This document shows positions 1 to 12,300 of a stretch of DNA of 24,000 bases, one piece after another. The DNA comes from Edaphobacter sp. (GTDB lineage Bacteria; Acidobacteriota; Terriglobia; Terriglobales; Acidobacteriaceae), in the NCBI RefSeq assembly GCF_028283685.1, contig NZ_JAPWKF010000006.1, positions 85,729 to 109,728 of the forward strand, read 5' to 3'. The notes below the pieces were generated by a model, which saw only the letters and a program-made list of their open reading frames with translations, ran no database searches and was not told the origin of the DNA. Numbering within the stretch: the first letter of the stretch is position 1; each line of letters opens with the position of its first letter. The position numbers were made by a program, and so were the translations under genes.

Positions 1-1
1 C

Positions 2-1633
2 ATGCCGGGACGAATCGGCACAGCGCTGCATCTGTTTCTGCTCGGCCTCTCCCTTGTGGCGCTGCTGGTGCTGTGCATCGCCTGCGCCAACGTGGCCAAT
101 ATTTTGCTGGCGCAGGGTGCGCAGCGGCAGCGCGAGATGGCGGTGCGGCTGGCTCTGGGTTCCACGCGCGGGCAGCTGATGCGGCAGATGCTCGTCGAAA
201 GCCTGCTGCTGGCGCTGGGCGGCGGAATCGTCGGCGTGCTCCTCTCCGTGTGGGCGACGTATGCGCTCTCGTCGTTCCGCCTGCCGGTGCCGATTGCGAT
301 GGACCTGAGCGTACGCGTGGACGCGAGGGTGCTGGCGTATTCCTTCGGCCTGAGCTTCCTCGCCGGCTTCCTGTGCGGCATGGTTCCGGCGTGGCAGGCG
401 TCGCGTGTCGTCGTATCGCCTGCGCTCAAGGGCGAGGATGCACTGTCGCGGCCGGGCCGTCGCTTCAGCCTGCGCAACGTGCTGGTCATCGTGCAGATGA
501 CGCTGTCGCTGGTGCTGTTGTGTGCCGCAGGGCTATTTCTGCGCAGCATGCAGCATGCGCTGAAGATCGACGCCGGCTTCCGCTCGAGCGGCATGGTGAT
601 GATGTCCATCAATCCGCCGCTGCAGCGTTACACGCCGCAGAGCACCGCGTTGCTGCTCGACAACCTGCGCGAGCGCGTGGCCTCATTGCCCGGCGTCGTA
701 TCCGCGACGGTGACCGATGGCGTGCCGCTTTCGATGGGCCATCGCAGCGATAGCGTCGACGTGCCGGGCATGCCCAAGCCTGATGGCGCAAACAACGTCG
801 AGCTGTACATGGTCGCGCCCGACTACCTGACGACGATGGGCATCCCTCTGCTTGCGGGCCGCACCGTCGGCGAAGAGAACCCCAACGCGCCAAGGGTCGG
901 CGTCGTCAACCAGGAGTTTGTGCGGCGCTACTTCCGCGGTGCCAATCCCATCGGGCACATCGTGAACGATGGAAGCGTGTCGTACACCATCATCGGCGTC
1001 GCCAGAGACATCAAGTCGCGGACGATCGGCGAAGATCAGCGGCCGGTAATGTTCCGCCCGATCAACCAGAACATCGCCAGCGACCAGTGGCAGGATGGCT
1101 ACACCGTCATCGCGCGCTACCAGGGCGACGCGGCCACGCTGAGCAAGGCGATGCAGGATGCAATCCGCGGCGTCGATGCCTCGCTGGCCATCTACAACGT
1201 GCAGACCATGGAGGAGCACATGCACGAGGCGCTCTTCCTGCCGCGGCTGGTCAACTCCATCTTCCTCGTCTTCGGCATCACCGGCGTCTCGCTGGCGGCG
1301 ATTGGGCTGTACGGCGTGATGAGCTATATGGTCAGCCACCGCACGAAGGAGATCGGCATCCGCATGGCGCTGGGCGCGCGCATGGGACAGGTGCAGGGCA
1401 TGCTGCTCGAGGGTGGCATGCGGCTCGCCGTCATCTCGATCGTGGTCGGCGTGCCGCTGGCGCTGGCCGCGGCTCGCCTGACAGGGGCACTGCTCTACGG
1501 CATCAAGCCGTGGGACGTCGCGACCTTTACCGCCGTGCCTCTGCTGCTGTTCGCGGTGGCGCTGGCGGCATGCTGGATGCCGTCGCGCAGAGCTGCCCGT
1601 GTGGACCCGATGATCGCCCTGCGTATCGACTAA
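2..1633 (+). CDS. ADOP-family duplicated FtsX/MacB-type ABC permease (5'-truncated by window edge)
   Basis: Frame is open from the window edge to TAA 1631-1633. The translation shows an FtsX-type TM block, a large MacB-like periplasmic core, a second FtsX block (HRTKEIGIRMALGA) and a family-typical C-terminus (RVDPMIALRID). It is clearly paralogous to the CDSs at 1856-4375 and 4530-7211. Confidence 0.88.
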   Translation: MPGRIGTALHLFLLGLSLVALLVLCIACANVANILLAQGAQRQREMAVRLALGSTRGQLMRQMLVESLLLALGGGIVGVLLSVWATYALSSFRLPVPIAMDLSVRVDARVLAYSFGLSFLAGFLCGMVPAWQASRVVVSPALKGEDALSRPGRRFSLRNVLVIVQMTLSLVLLCAAGLFLRSMQHALKIDAGFRSSGMVMMSINPPLQRYTPQSTALLLDNLRERVASLPGVVSATVTDGVPLSMGHRSDSVDVPGMPKPDGANNVELYMVAPDYLTTMGIPLLAGRTVGEENPNAPRVGVVNQEFVRRYFRGANPIGHIVNDGSVSYTIIGVARDIKSRTIGEDQRPVMFRPINQNIASDQWQDGYTVIARYQGDAATLSKAMQDAIRGVDASLAIYNVQTMEEHMHEALFLPRLVNSIFLVFGITGVSLAAIGLYGVMSYMVSHRTKEIGIRMALGARMGQVQGMLLEGGMRLAVISIVVGVPLALAAARLTGALLYGIKPWDVATFTAVPLLLFAVALAACWMPSRRAARVDPMIALRID

Positions 1634-1677
1634 GAAAATGTTCTAGGGGTAATGAAGTGCCGCAGGGCGCAGTGGGA

Positions 1678-1717
1678 GGTGTCCGCATCCGGACGCGAAC
1701 TTACGGCTGCGGACACC
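1678..1717. repeat. Perfect 9-bp inverted repeat GGTGTCCGC-N22-GCGGACACC in the spacer between two ADOP genes
   Basis: Read directly: arms at 1678-1686 and 1709-1717. A nested GTCCG/CGGAC pair lies inside the 5' side. No T-run follows, so it is not a canonical terminator. Confidence 0.5.
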
Positions 1718-1855
1718 AGCTCGCCGCCGCATCTCGCCTAAGCTGCTGAAAATATTGGACAGCACAGTGGTGCGATACGTGCAGATAATGAGGGCGGACG
1801 TGTGTGCCTGCCGGCTGCGGTCCCATCGCATATATCGTATGAGGTCCAAGAGACG

Positions 1856-4375
<2,520 letters not shown>

Positions 4376-4448
4376 CTATGCACCGCTGCTCGGCGATACA
4401 GCATAGCGATTCGACCGTACAGCATAGCTGCTCGCGATGCCGCGCGCA

Positions 4449-4548
4449 GTTAGTTGTGTCTCGGCGTCGCGACTCGTGTTGCCGCGAAGCGACTCGTGTT
4501 GTCGCGTAGCGACTCGTGCGGCGGCATCGCTACTCGTGTCGCAGCGCC
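4449..4548. repeat. About five tandem copies of a 20-nt unit (GCGACTCGTGTTGYCGCGWA) spanning the stop codon of the minus-strand ADOP gene
   Basis: Units at 4469-4488, 4489-4508 (18/20 identical to the first), 4509-4528 (14/20) and 4529-4548 (15/20). The last unit contains the gene's final codons R-H-E plus TAG. A degenerate unit lies at 4449-4468 (11/20). Units 1-2 can fold as GCGAC-N7-GTCGC hairpins on either strand. Confidence 0.75.
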
Positions 4549-7211
4549 ACCATCGGATCGGTAGCCGCGGCCCGCATACTCGGCACCAGGCACGCCGCCA
4601 GCGTCGCCAGTGCGAGCAACGCAGGCACCGCCACAAATGTCACCGGGTCCAGCGCCGGAACGCCATACAGGAAGCCGCGCAGCATGCGGCTGAAGAAGAC
4701 CGCACCCGCAATCCCGAGGCACAGCCCCGCCACCAGCAGCGAAAGCCCCTCACGCAGCACCAGCCGCATGATGCCACTTCGCGATGACCCCAGCGCCATG
4801 CGCAGCCCGATCTCTCCCGTTCTCTGCCGCACCGAATACGCCAGCAGCCCATAGACCCCAACGACCGCAAGAAACAGCGCCGTCGACGAGAAGACCGTCA
4901 GCAGCGTCGTCTGAAAACGCCTCGGCGCGTTGGCATGTTCCGTCAACTCGCTCATCACGTGAACGTCGGAGACCACAACCGCAGGATCCATCGAGCGCAC
5001 GGTTGCCAGCAGGTCCGCAATGGCCACATCCTTTGCCATCGTCGAGCGCACGACGAGAAATGCGCCACGTAACGGTGGGTTCCCGGTCTGAAAGAAGGCA
5101 TCGTAGACCTGCGGGGCAGCCGCCACTTCCGTGTTCATGTTGCGCGTGTCCGCGACCACGCCCACGACGGTCGACCATGGACGATTGCTCTCATAGCGGA
5201 GATGGCGTCCAATGGGATCGCCGCCAGCTAGAAACCGCTTCGCGAAGACCTCGTTCACCATCACCACATGGCTCGTGCTCTGCGACTTCTCCTCCGGAGT
5301 AAAGTTGCGGCCTCTCAGGATAGGCGTCTGCATCGCGGTCAGATAGTTTGGCGTGATCGATCGCGTCTCCACCAGCTGACTCTTGCGGTTCGCATAGCCC
5401 TCTACCTCCAGCGTATTCATGCTCTCGGAGTTCGTCAGCGGCAGAAAATTCACGAGTCCCGCAGCGTACACACCGTGTCGTGCCTGGACTCTCTCAAGCA
5501 GATCGGCATAGAACGCATCGTTCTTCTCAGCCGTGTCATAGGCAGGTGTCAGACTCACATTCATCCCGATCGTCGCCGGGGAAAACCCTGTGTCTACAGA
5601 GAGCACATTCAGATAGCTGCGTACAAACAGTCCCGCACCGGTGAGCAGTACCACCACCAGCGCCACCTGTGCGGTGACCAACGTCTTTCTCAGTCCGCGA
5701 CGATCGGCTACCAGCCCACGCGTCCCTGCGCTCGAAAGAAACTCCGCCACGTTGATGCGTGTCGCCGTCAGCGCCGGAAGAGCCCCGAAGGCTACGCTTG
5801 TCGCGATGCTCACCAGTACAAGAAATGCCAACGCGCGACCGTCCAGTGCGACCGCATTCATGTCTGGAATGTCGCCAGGGTTCAGCCGCAGCAGCACGCG
5901 AATGAACAATGATGCCAGAGCAATACCCACAGCACCCGCCGCCGCTCCCAGCAGCAGCGACTCCGTCAGCATCTGCCGTATCAGGCGTCCTCGCCGCGCA
6001 CCCAGCGTAGCGCGAACGCCAAGCTCATGCCTGCGGCTGGCTGCGCGGGCCAGCAGAAGGTTAGCCGCATTGCCGCACGCGATCAGCAGGACGAAGCCTA
6101 CAGCTCCCAGCAGCAGCGACATCAGCGGACGCACTTGTCCCAGCACCTGTACGTTCATTGGCTTCACCAGCGCGGTCATTCCTTTGAAGAGGAAGCCTTT
6201 GTGCAGCGGCTCCAGCCGCGCGACGATGGCAGACATCTCCGCCTGCGCCTCGCTGATGGTGACTCCGGGCTTCAGCCGTGCCATCGCGTTAATGCTTGTC
6301 TGCTCGCGGTCGGCGCGCTGCGCTGCCGTCAGCGTATAGGGAACCCATACCTGCGTCGCCTCAATGCGCCCATCGCCATACGGAAGATCGGTGTGATGCG
6401 GATAGCCGAAATCCCGCGGCATTACGGCCGCGATGCTGTAACGGGTGTCGTTCAGCGTGATGGTGCGATGCAGCACATCGGCTGCTCCGCCGTACAGCGA
6501 CTGCCACAGGCTGTAACTAAGGATGACCGCGTGATCGTTGCCCGGCTGCTGGTCTTCCTCGTTGAAGACGCGCCCCATCAGCGGCGCAGTCTCCAGCGTA
6601 TGAAAGAAGCTCGCATCCACCTTGGCAACGCCGATGCGCTGCGCCTTCCCGTCCATCATCAGGTTCATCGTCTTCTGATCGAACATCGTCATCGACGAAA
6701 AGCTGTGCGCCTGCTGTCGTATGTCGAAAAAGTCCGCGTTGCTCGGCCCCAGAGCCTCCGGCGGAAGCTCCTTGAGACGCGGGTTCGGCATGTAGAGATA
6801 CACCAGCCTGCTGGCATCGCCGTACGGCAGCGAGCGCAGCATCACCGCGTTCACCAGCGAGAAGATCGCCGTGCACGCCCCGATGCCGAGAGCCAGCGTC
6901 AGCACCGTCACCAGCGTGAAGGCAGGCTGCCGTCGCAGCGAACGCACACCGTAGCGAAGGTCCTGCATCAGATCGTCCACCAGCGCCGTGCCGCGCGATT
7001 CGTACGCCGCCTCGGTCGCTGCGTTCACGTCGCCGAACTCCGCGCGCGCCGCCCTCTGTGCCTGCTCCGGCGACAGGCCGCGGGCGATGTGGCGATCCGC
7101 CAGCGTCTGCAGATGAAACTGCAATTCCTCGCTGAGCTCCTCGTTCGCGGTGTCTCTTTGCCGCAGCGAACGCAACCGACGTTGAATGCTCTCCAGCAGG
7201 CGCAATGGCAA
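4530..7211 (-). CDS. ADOP-family duplicated FtsX/MacB-type permease with an N-terminal cytoplasmic helical prefix; second gene of the padR operon
   Basis: 893-codon ORF. Start is TTG 7211, or TTG 7205, which sits 6 nt after a GAGG. An approximately 80-aa prefix ([34 protein letters not shown]) precedes [20 protein letters not shown] and the duplicated FtsX architecture. C-terminus is [10 protein letters not shown]. Only a 9-nt gap separates it from the padR stop on the same strand. Confidence 0.88.
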   Translation of the reverse strand: MPLRLLESIQRRLRSLRQRDTANEELSEELQFHLQTLADRHIARGLSPEQAQRAARAEFGDVNAATEAAYESRGTALVDDLMQDLRYGVRSLRRQPAFTLVTVLTLALGIGACTAIFSLVNAVMLRSLPYGDASRLVYLYMPNPRLKELPPEALGPSNADFFDIRQQAHSFSSMTMFDQKTMNLMMDGKAQRIGVAKVDASFFHTLETAPLMGRVFNEEDQQPGNDHAVILSYSLWQSLYGGAADVLHRTITLNDTRYSIAAVMPRDFGYPHHTDLPYGDGRIEATQVWVPYTLTAAQRADREQTSINAMARLKPGVTISEAQAEMSAIVARLEPLHKGFLFKGMTALVKPMNVQVLGQVRPLMSLLLGAVGFVLLIACGNAANLLLARAASRRHELGVRATLGARRGRLIRQMLTESLLLGAAAGAVGIALASLFIRVLLRLNPGDIPDMNAVALDGRALAFLVLVSIATSVAFGALPALTATRINVAEFLSSAGTRGLVADRRGLRKTLVTAQVALVVVLLTGAGLFVRSYLNVLSVDTGFSPATIGMNVSLTPAYDTAEKNDAFYADLLERVQARHGVYAAGLVNFLPLTNSESMNTLEVEGYANRKSQLVETRSITPNYLTAMQTPILRGRNFTPEEKSQSTSHVVMVNEVFAKRFLAGGDPIGRHLRYESNRPWSTVVGVVADTRNMNTEVAAAPQVYDAFFQTGNPPLRGAFLVVRSTMAKDVAIADLLATVRSMDPAVVVSDVHVMSELTEHANAPRRFQTTLLTVFSSTALFLAVVGVYGLLAYSVRQRTGEIGLRMALGSSRSGIMRLVLREGLSLLVAGLCLGIAGAVFFSRMLRGFLYGVPALDPVTFVAVPALLALATLAACLVPSMRAAATDPMVALRHE

Positions 7212-7220
7212 CCTCGTTTC

Positions 7221-7550
7221 TTAAACCGAACGCAAAACTCCGTGGACCGCGGAGGAGAGCCGCTCCCAGCTCTTCTCCTCCGTCTTCAGGCGGGCGTGTC
7301 CCGCCCTGGTCAGCGAATAAAACTTGGCGCGGCGGTTATTCTCCGACTCGCCCCACTCCGCCTTCACCCACGCCTGGTGCTCCAGCCGGTGCAGCGCCGG
7401 ATACAGCGCGCTCTGATTCACGCGCAGCACATCCTCCGAGAGCTGGCGCACACGGTCGGCGATGGCGAGGCCATGCATCGGCCCCGGCGTCAGGACCTTC
7501 AGGATCAGCAGGTCCAGCGTTCCCTGCAGCAGCTCGTTGGAGCGGCTCAT
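7221..7550 (-). CDS. PadR-family winged-helix transcriptional regulator (acidobacterial ADOP-associated subtype)
   Basis: 109 aa with a PadR signature: LLQGTLDLLILKVLTPGPMHGLAIADRV...SALYPALHRLEHQAWVKAEWGESENNRRAKFYSLTRAG. An SD-like GAGGTG lies 5 nt upstream of ATG 7550. It sits immediately upstream of an ADOP permease. Confidence 0.92.
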   Translation of the reverse strand: MSRSNELLQGTLDLLILKVLTPGPMHGLAIADRVRQLSEDVLRVNQSALYPALHRLEHQAWVKAEWGESENNRRAKFYSLTRAGHARLKTEEKSWERLSSAVHGVLRSV

Positions 7551-7557
7551 GCTCTCA

Positions 7558-7587
7558 CCTCAATCATTGATGCATCAGTCATTGAGG
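7558..7587 (-). promoter_or_regulatory. 30-bp near-perfect palindrome overlapping the padR ribosome-binding site (candidate PadR operator or SD-sequestering hairpin)
   Basis: CCTCAAT-CAT-TGATGCATCA-GTC-ATTGAGG. The outer 7-bp arms and the central 10-bp TGATGCATCA are perfectly self-complementary. On the minus strand the 3' arm ATTGAGG supplies the GAGG of the padR SD. Confidence 0.45.
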
Positions 7588-7590
7588 GGA

Positions 7591-7619
7591 AGCATACCCA
7601 GAATCGCCTTTCATGACAA
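7591..7619 (-). promoter_or_regulatory. Candidate sigma70-type promoter of the padR-ADOP operon
   Basis: Minus strand reads TTGTCA (7619-7614), a 17-nt spacer, then TATGCT (7596-7591). The predicted start falls at the edge of the palindrome. The -35 element is the last of three CTTGTC repeats spaced 15 nt apart. Confidence 0.4.
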
Positions 7620-7712
7620 GTTCAACCTCGACAAGTTGAGTCCAGACAAGCCAGATCGCCAGATCGAAAGCTGCCCACCATACTGTTTCTGGCAGTCCGG
7701 AAAGGTGCCCGC

Positions 7713-7750
7713 AAAAAAGATGGCGCGCCCCCTGAGGAGAGCCGCGCCAT
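7713..7750 (-). terminator. Rho-independent terminator closing the obg / small-ORF transcription unit
   Basis: Minus strand reads ATGGCGCG-[GCTCTCCTCAGGGGG]-CGCGCCAT followed by CTTTTTTG. The 8-bp GC-rich stem can extend through CUCUC/GGGGG pairs. The T6 run corresponds to plus-strand 7713-7718. Confidence 0.7.
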
Positions 7751-7781
7751 GATGTCTTCGTTTGTCGGCCTGATTGCCGGT

Positions 7782-7892
7782 TTACACGTGGGTTGCATCG
7801 CAGCCAGGGTGGCCGCACTGACATGTGATGTCGGTCGTTCCCTTGGTCGCTTCACAGGCCGTGCTGCAGTAGGCCTCGCCGTTCTTGCTCAT
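7782..7892 (-). CDS. Unlisted 36-aa Cys/His-rich peptide, metallothionein (BmtA/SmtA C-terminal half)-like
   Basis: Hand translation of the minus strand from ATG 7892-7890 to TAA 7784-7782 gives MSKNGEAYCSTACEATKGTTDITCQCGHPGCDATHV (5 Cys, 2 His). GC3-rich codons match the neighbouring genes. A strong terminator lies 31 nt downstream. Against it: no clear SD directly upstream of the ATG. It is shorter than the track's apparent length cut-off (no ORF under 60 aa is listed). Confidence 0.45.
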   Translation of the reverse strand: MSKNGEAYCSTACEATKGTTDITCQCGHPGCDATHV

Positions 7893-7934
7893 GCAGCCGA
7901 ACTCAGCAACAGTGGCAAACCTCTCTCGAGTCTG

Positions 7935-9035
7935 CTACTTGCGGCTGCGCCTTGCTGAAGCAAACGGAGGCGGATAGGGTGCCTTCGGCTTCACCGCATC
8001 GCTTGGCTCGTTGTTCACCATCGCCGGGCGGTGCTCCGCGACTGCCTTTGCGATGGCATACTTCAGCGGCTCGATGCCCTCGCCGGTGACGGCGGAGATC
8101 AGGTGGAGCGGCATCTTGCGGCGCTTGGCGTAGGTGGTCAGCTTCTTCAGCTTGTCCGGGTTGGCGACGTCGGCCTTGGACGCGACGAGGATCGTCGGCC
8201 GCTTGGGCAGCTCGGGATCGAAGCTCGCCAGCTCGGCCGTGATGACCTTGAAGTCGTCGACAGGGTCCAGGCGTCCCGAGCCGTCCGAGATATCGATCAG
8301 GTGCACGATAACGCTGGTACGCTCGATGTGTTTCAGAAACTGGATGCCGAGGCCCGCGCCGGAGTGCGCGCCCTCGATCAGGCCCGGCAGATCGGCGATC
8401 GTGAACGACTGCTCGTGCGGAAAGTCGCCGACCTTGACGACGCCGAGGTTGGGTTCGAGCGTAGTGAACGCATAGTTGGCGATCTTCGGCCGGGCAGCGG
8501 AGAGCCGCGAGATCAGCGTCGATTTGCCGACGTTGGGATAGCCCACCAGACCGGCATCGGCCAGCAGGCGCAGCTCCAGACGCAGATTGCGCTCTTCGCC
8601 CGATCTGCCCAGCTCGTGTTCGCGCGGAGCCTGGTGCGTGGAGGTGGCAAAGTGCTGGTTGCCGCGACCTCCGCGTCCGCCGCGCGCAACGATGATCGTC
8701 TGATCGGGCTGCGTAAAGTCGTGCAGCAGCTCTCCCGTGTCCTGGTCGTACACCAGCGTTCCCACGGGAACCCGCAGGTGCATCGGCTCGCCGGAGTGGC
8801 CCGACATGTTCGATCCCATGCCATGTTCGCCGCGCTCCGATTTGTGCTCCGGATTGAAGCGAAAGTGCACTAAAGTGTTGTGGCTCAACGAAGAAGTCAT
8901 CAGGATGTCGCCACCATGACCACCGTCGCCGCCGGAGGGACCGCCGCGTGGAACGAACTTCTCTCGGCGAAAGGCCATGCAGCCGTTGCCACCATCCCCG
9001 GCCTTCAGCCGGATCTTTGCTTCGTCTATGAACAT
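7935..9035 (-). CDS. obg: GTPase Obg/CgtA
   Basis: [44 protein letters not shown] is the glycine-rich Obg fold. G1 is [10 protein letters not shown]3 is DLPGLIEGA and G4 is SKAD. 366 aa, with stop TAG at 7937-7935. Confidence 0.95.
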   Translation of the reverse strand: MFIDEAKIRLKAGDGGNGCMAFRREKFVPRGGPSGGDGGHGGDILMTSSLSHNTLVHFRFNPEHKSERGEHGMGSNMSGHSGEPMHLRVPVGTLVYDQDTGELLHDFTQPDQTIIVARGGRGGRGNQHFATSTHQAPREHELGRSGEERNLRLELRLLADAGLVGYPNVGKSTLISRLSAARPKIANYAFTTLEPNLGVVKVGDFPHEQSFTIADLPGLIEGAHSGAGLGIQFLKHIERTSVIVHLIDISDGSGRLDPVDDFKVITAELASFDPELPKRPTILVASKADVANPDKLKKLTTYAKRRKMPLHLISAVTGEGIEPLKYAIAKAVAEHRPAMVNNEPSDAVKPKAPYPPPFASARRSRK

Positions 9036-9328
9036 TTTTTTACATACTCATTCTACAGTCCGGCGATACACTAAGCCCATCAGCAAAGACTGTTCGCTTG
9101 ATGCGGTGCGTTTTGGTCCTCTTTTTCAGGGGCTTCCGGCGCCGCAGACAACATGCTTCGAACCGGAGATTCGTATCCGAGTTTGAGCCGTACCCTTCCG
9201 ATAAAGGGTTCCATCGCGGCCTGTTCGCGGTGATGCAGTCAGCTATACGACCACGCAAAAGATGTATGCGGAACCAAACAAGCTCGCGGCTTCGCGCGCC
9301 TGTTCTTTTTTTCAGGAGACCAAAGAGG

Positions 9329-12300
9329 ATGATGAATCACTTCAGGAAATTTGTGCTTGTCACAATGCTGTGCGGCGGAGCCTGCCTCTCCGCAATGGCG
9401 CAGTCGCCCACGCAAGGTGCCATCGTCGGCACCGTGACCGACGATTCCGATGCCGCCATTCCCAACGCGAGGGTCGTCATCCATAACGACGCCACCAACG
9501 CAGATCAGGTCCTGACCACCGATGCCTCCGGCCTCTTCCGCGCTCCGCAGCTCAATCCCGGCACCTACACCGTTACAATCACGCAGCAGGGCTTCTCCGA
9601 GCGCCGCGAGAACGGTGTTGTTGTGCAGGTCTCGAACGTCACCTCGCTGACACCGCACCTCAAGACCGGTGATGTCTCGCAGACCGTCGAGGTCACCGCA
9701 GACGTTCCCGTCCTCAAGTTCGATTCGCCCGACTTCGGCGGCCATCTCTCCAATACCGAGATCGAAAACATCCCGATCAACAATCGTCGCTGGTCCTCGC
9801 TCGCTCTTGTAACCCCCGGTGTTACAAATGACGCCAGCGGATTCGGCCTGATCAGCTTTCGCGCCACCAGCTCGATCCTGAACAACGTGCAGATCGACGG
9901 TACCGACGACAACCAGGCCTTCTTCGGCGAAGAGCGCGGACGCACCCGCGCCGGCTACTCCACCTCGCAGGTCGCCGTTCGCGAGTTCCAGGTGCTCACC
10001 GGCGTCTACTCGGCAGAGTACGGTCGCGCCGTCGGCGGCGTCGTCAACTCCGTCACCAAGAGCGGCGGCAACCAGCTCCACGGAGAGATCTACTACTATC
10101 GCCGCGACGACTTCCTCTCCTCCATCAACCCCAAGGTCGCGCTCACCAACTTCGATCCCGCCACGGGAACGACCACCACGATACCCTACCGTCCCAAGGA
10201 CAAGCGCAACCAGTACGGCTTTGGCGTGGGTGGTCCCATCATCAAGGACAAGCTCTTCTGGTTCTACGCGTGGGATCAGTTCCGCCGTAACTTCCCCGGC
10301 ACGGCCGTCGCCAACAACCCCGGCACCTTCTATGCCACGCCCAGTGCAACGGTCGCCGGCCAGCTCGCGACCGCGCTCGGCGTCACCAGCACCGTCGCCG
10401 CGCAGCGTTACAACTCCGCGCTCGCCGATCTCGCCACCGATCTCGGCAGCGTTCCCCGCTTCGGCAACCAGGACATCAACACTCCCAAGCTCGACTGGCA
10501 GATCACGCCGAAGCACCACGCCAGCTTCCTCTATCACCGCCTGCGCTGGGACTCACCGGGAGGCGTGCAGACGCAGGCTTCGAATGGCTATGCGCGCGAC
10601 AGCTTCGGCACCGACTTCGTCAAGCTCGACTACGGCGTCGCCAAGCTTGACTCGCTGATCAACGATCACCTGACCAACACCATTCGCTACATGTACGGTC
10701 GCGAGCTCAACGACGAAGGCCAGCAGCCCTACACCGACTACACGGTGAATCACCTGACGGGAGCCACCGGCATCGTCCCGGCGATCGCGCTCAACACATC
10801 CAATGGCTTCTACGCCGGATCGCAGTACTACAGCTACCGCACCTCCTACCCGGATGAGCGCAAGTGGCAGATCGGCGACACCGCCTCCTACATCTTCCGC
10901 AAGCACAACATCCGCTTCGGCGTGGATGTGATGCACAGCTACGACGTCTTCGACAATCTCTACCAGAGCAACGGTTCGTACTTCTACGGTACGATCGCCA
11001 ACTACATCGCCGACATTCTCAAGCCCTCCGGCGCCTGCTCCGCGTCCACCGGCTCGACGCCCACCATCGGCGGGGGATCGCTGGGCTGCTACAGCAACAT
11101 CGCCCAGGGCTTTGGCCGCTCCAAGTTCGACCTGGCCACCAACGACTACGCCTTCTTCGTGCAGGACGACTGGAAGCTGACCCCCACCCTCACGCTGAAC
11201 CTCGGCGCCCGTTACGACTACGAGCAGCTGCCCTCGCCTTACTCCTTCGCGGCGACGGCTCCCCAGACGCTCAATCACCCCTCCGACAAGAACAACATCG
11301 CTCCGCGCATCGGCTTCGCCTACGATCCCTTCGGTAAGGGCAAGACGGTCGTTCGCGGCGGATTCGGCCTCTACTACGGCCGCAACCCGAACGGCCTGTT
11401 GCTGAACACCTACGTCACGACCGGTTCGGCTGCGGCGCAGTCTTCCGTCACGTACTACAACAACACGCTGGACAGCAACGGCAATACCATCAAGCTACCG
11501 AACGTGCTGGCCATAGCTCCGAATGTCGCCGCGGCGCCGTCCAACATCGCGTACCTGGACAAGAACCTGCAGAACCCGTACAGCGAGCAGTTCGACCTCA
11601 CCATCCAGCAGGATCTTGGCATGGGTCATGTGCTCTCGGTCGCTTACCTGGGGTCGATGGGACGTGAGCTGCCCAACTTCATCAACACCAACCTGGACCC
11701 GACCAAGACCTACACCCAGACCTACACCGTCGCCGCCGTCAACGGCTCCTGCGGATACCTCGCCTGCGGTACGACGTTGACCAACAAGGTCTACGCCAAC
11801 CGTTACCTCACCAGCACCAGCGGTGCAACCGCCTACAACACACTCAACAAGAACTTCAATGCCATCTCGGGTGTCGTCAGCAACATCAACTCCAGCTACA
11901 ACGCGCTCTCGGTGGACATCACCAATCGCAACTCCAGGCGCATCAGCTACGACGTCAACTACACCTGGGCGCATGCTCTGGACTTCAACCAGACTTCGGT
12001 GACGGCACCTACCGCCAACAACTGGTTCGATCCTTACGGCAACCAGCGCGCCAACTACTCCAACTCATCGCTCAACATCCGTCACCGCGTCGTAGGCTGG
12101 GCGATTCTGAACATCCCCGGGCTCAGCGGACAGAGCCTGCTGAACTATGTCACCAATGGCTGGTCGCTGAAGCCGCTGGTCCAGGTGCAGAGCGGCCTGC
12201 CCTACTCCGTCAGCGTCAGCAACTCGGGCGGCAACCAGTGCGCTCAGATCAACTGCCTCGTCCCCTACTCCTCCGGTCTGGGCGGCACGGGCGTCAGCTA

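Noticed and set aside
1652-1741. 29-codon ORF (MKCRRAQWEVSASGRELTAADTSSPPHLA) in the ADOP-ADOP spacer, and a 43-codon ORF at about 21326-21457
   Set aside because: Neither has a usable RBS spacing, a recognisable motif or supporting codon bias. Both overlap inverted repeats that are better explained as nucleic-acid structure.
4449-4548. Possibility that the 20-nt repeats form a CRISPR array
   Set aside because: The units are contiguous with no spacers, they are degenerate, and no cas genes are nearby. This is a simple tandem repeat.
7905-7920. GCCACTG (B12-box-like) on the minus strand just upstream of the small Cys-rich ORF
   Set aside because: It is an isolated 7-mer. The remainder of a cobalamin riboswitch would have to lie inside the obg coding sequence, and no other conserved cores are present.
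9151-9175. GGTTCGAAG (tRNA T-loop-like) on the minus strand
   Set aside because: The flanking bases cannot form a T-stem, and no acceptor, D or anticodon arms could be built. It is not a tRNA.
9098-9328. N-terminal extensions suggested by the track: 9098 for the first TBDR, 12543 for the second, 1802 for ADOP and 21467 as a possible in-frame ATG for the third TBDR
   Set aside because: The extensions precede obvious signal peptides or conserved N-termini, lack RBSs and read as Arg/Pro-rich non-coding translation. The internal starts have SD sequences and give proper signal peptides.
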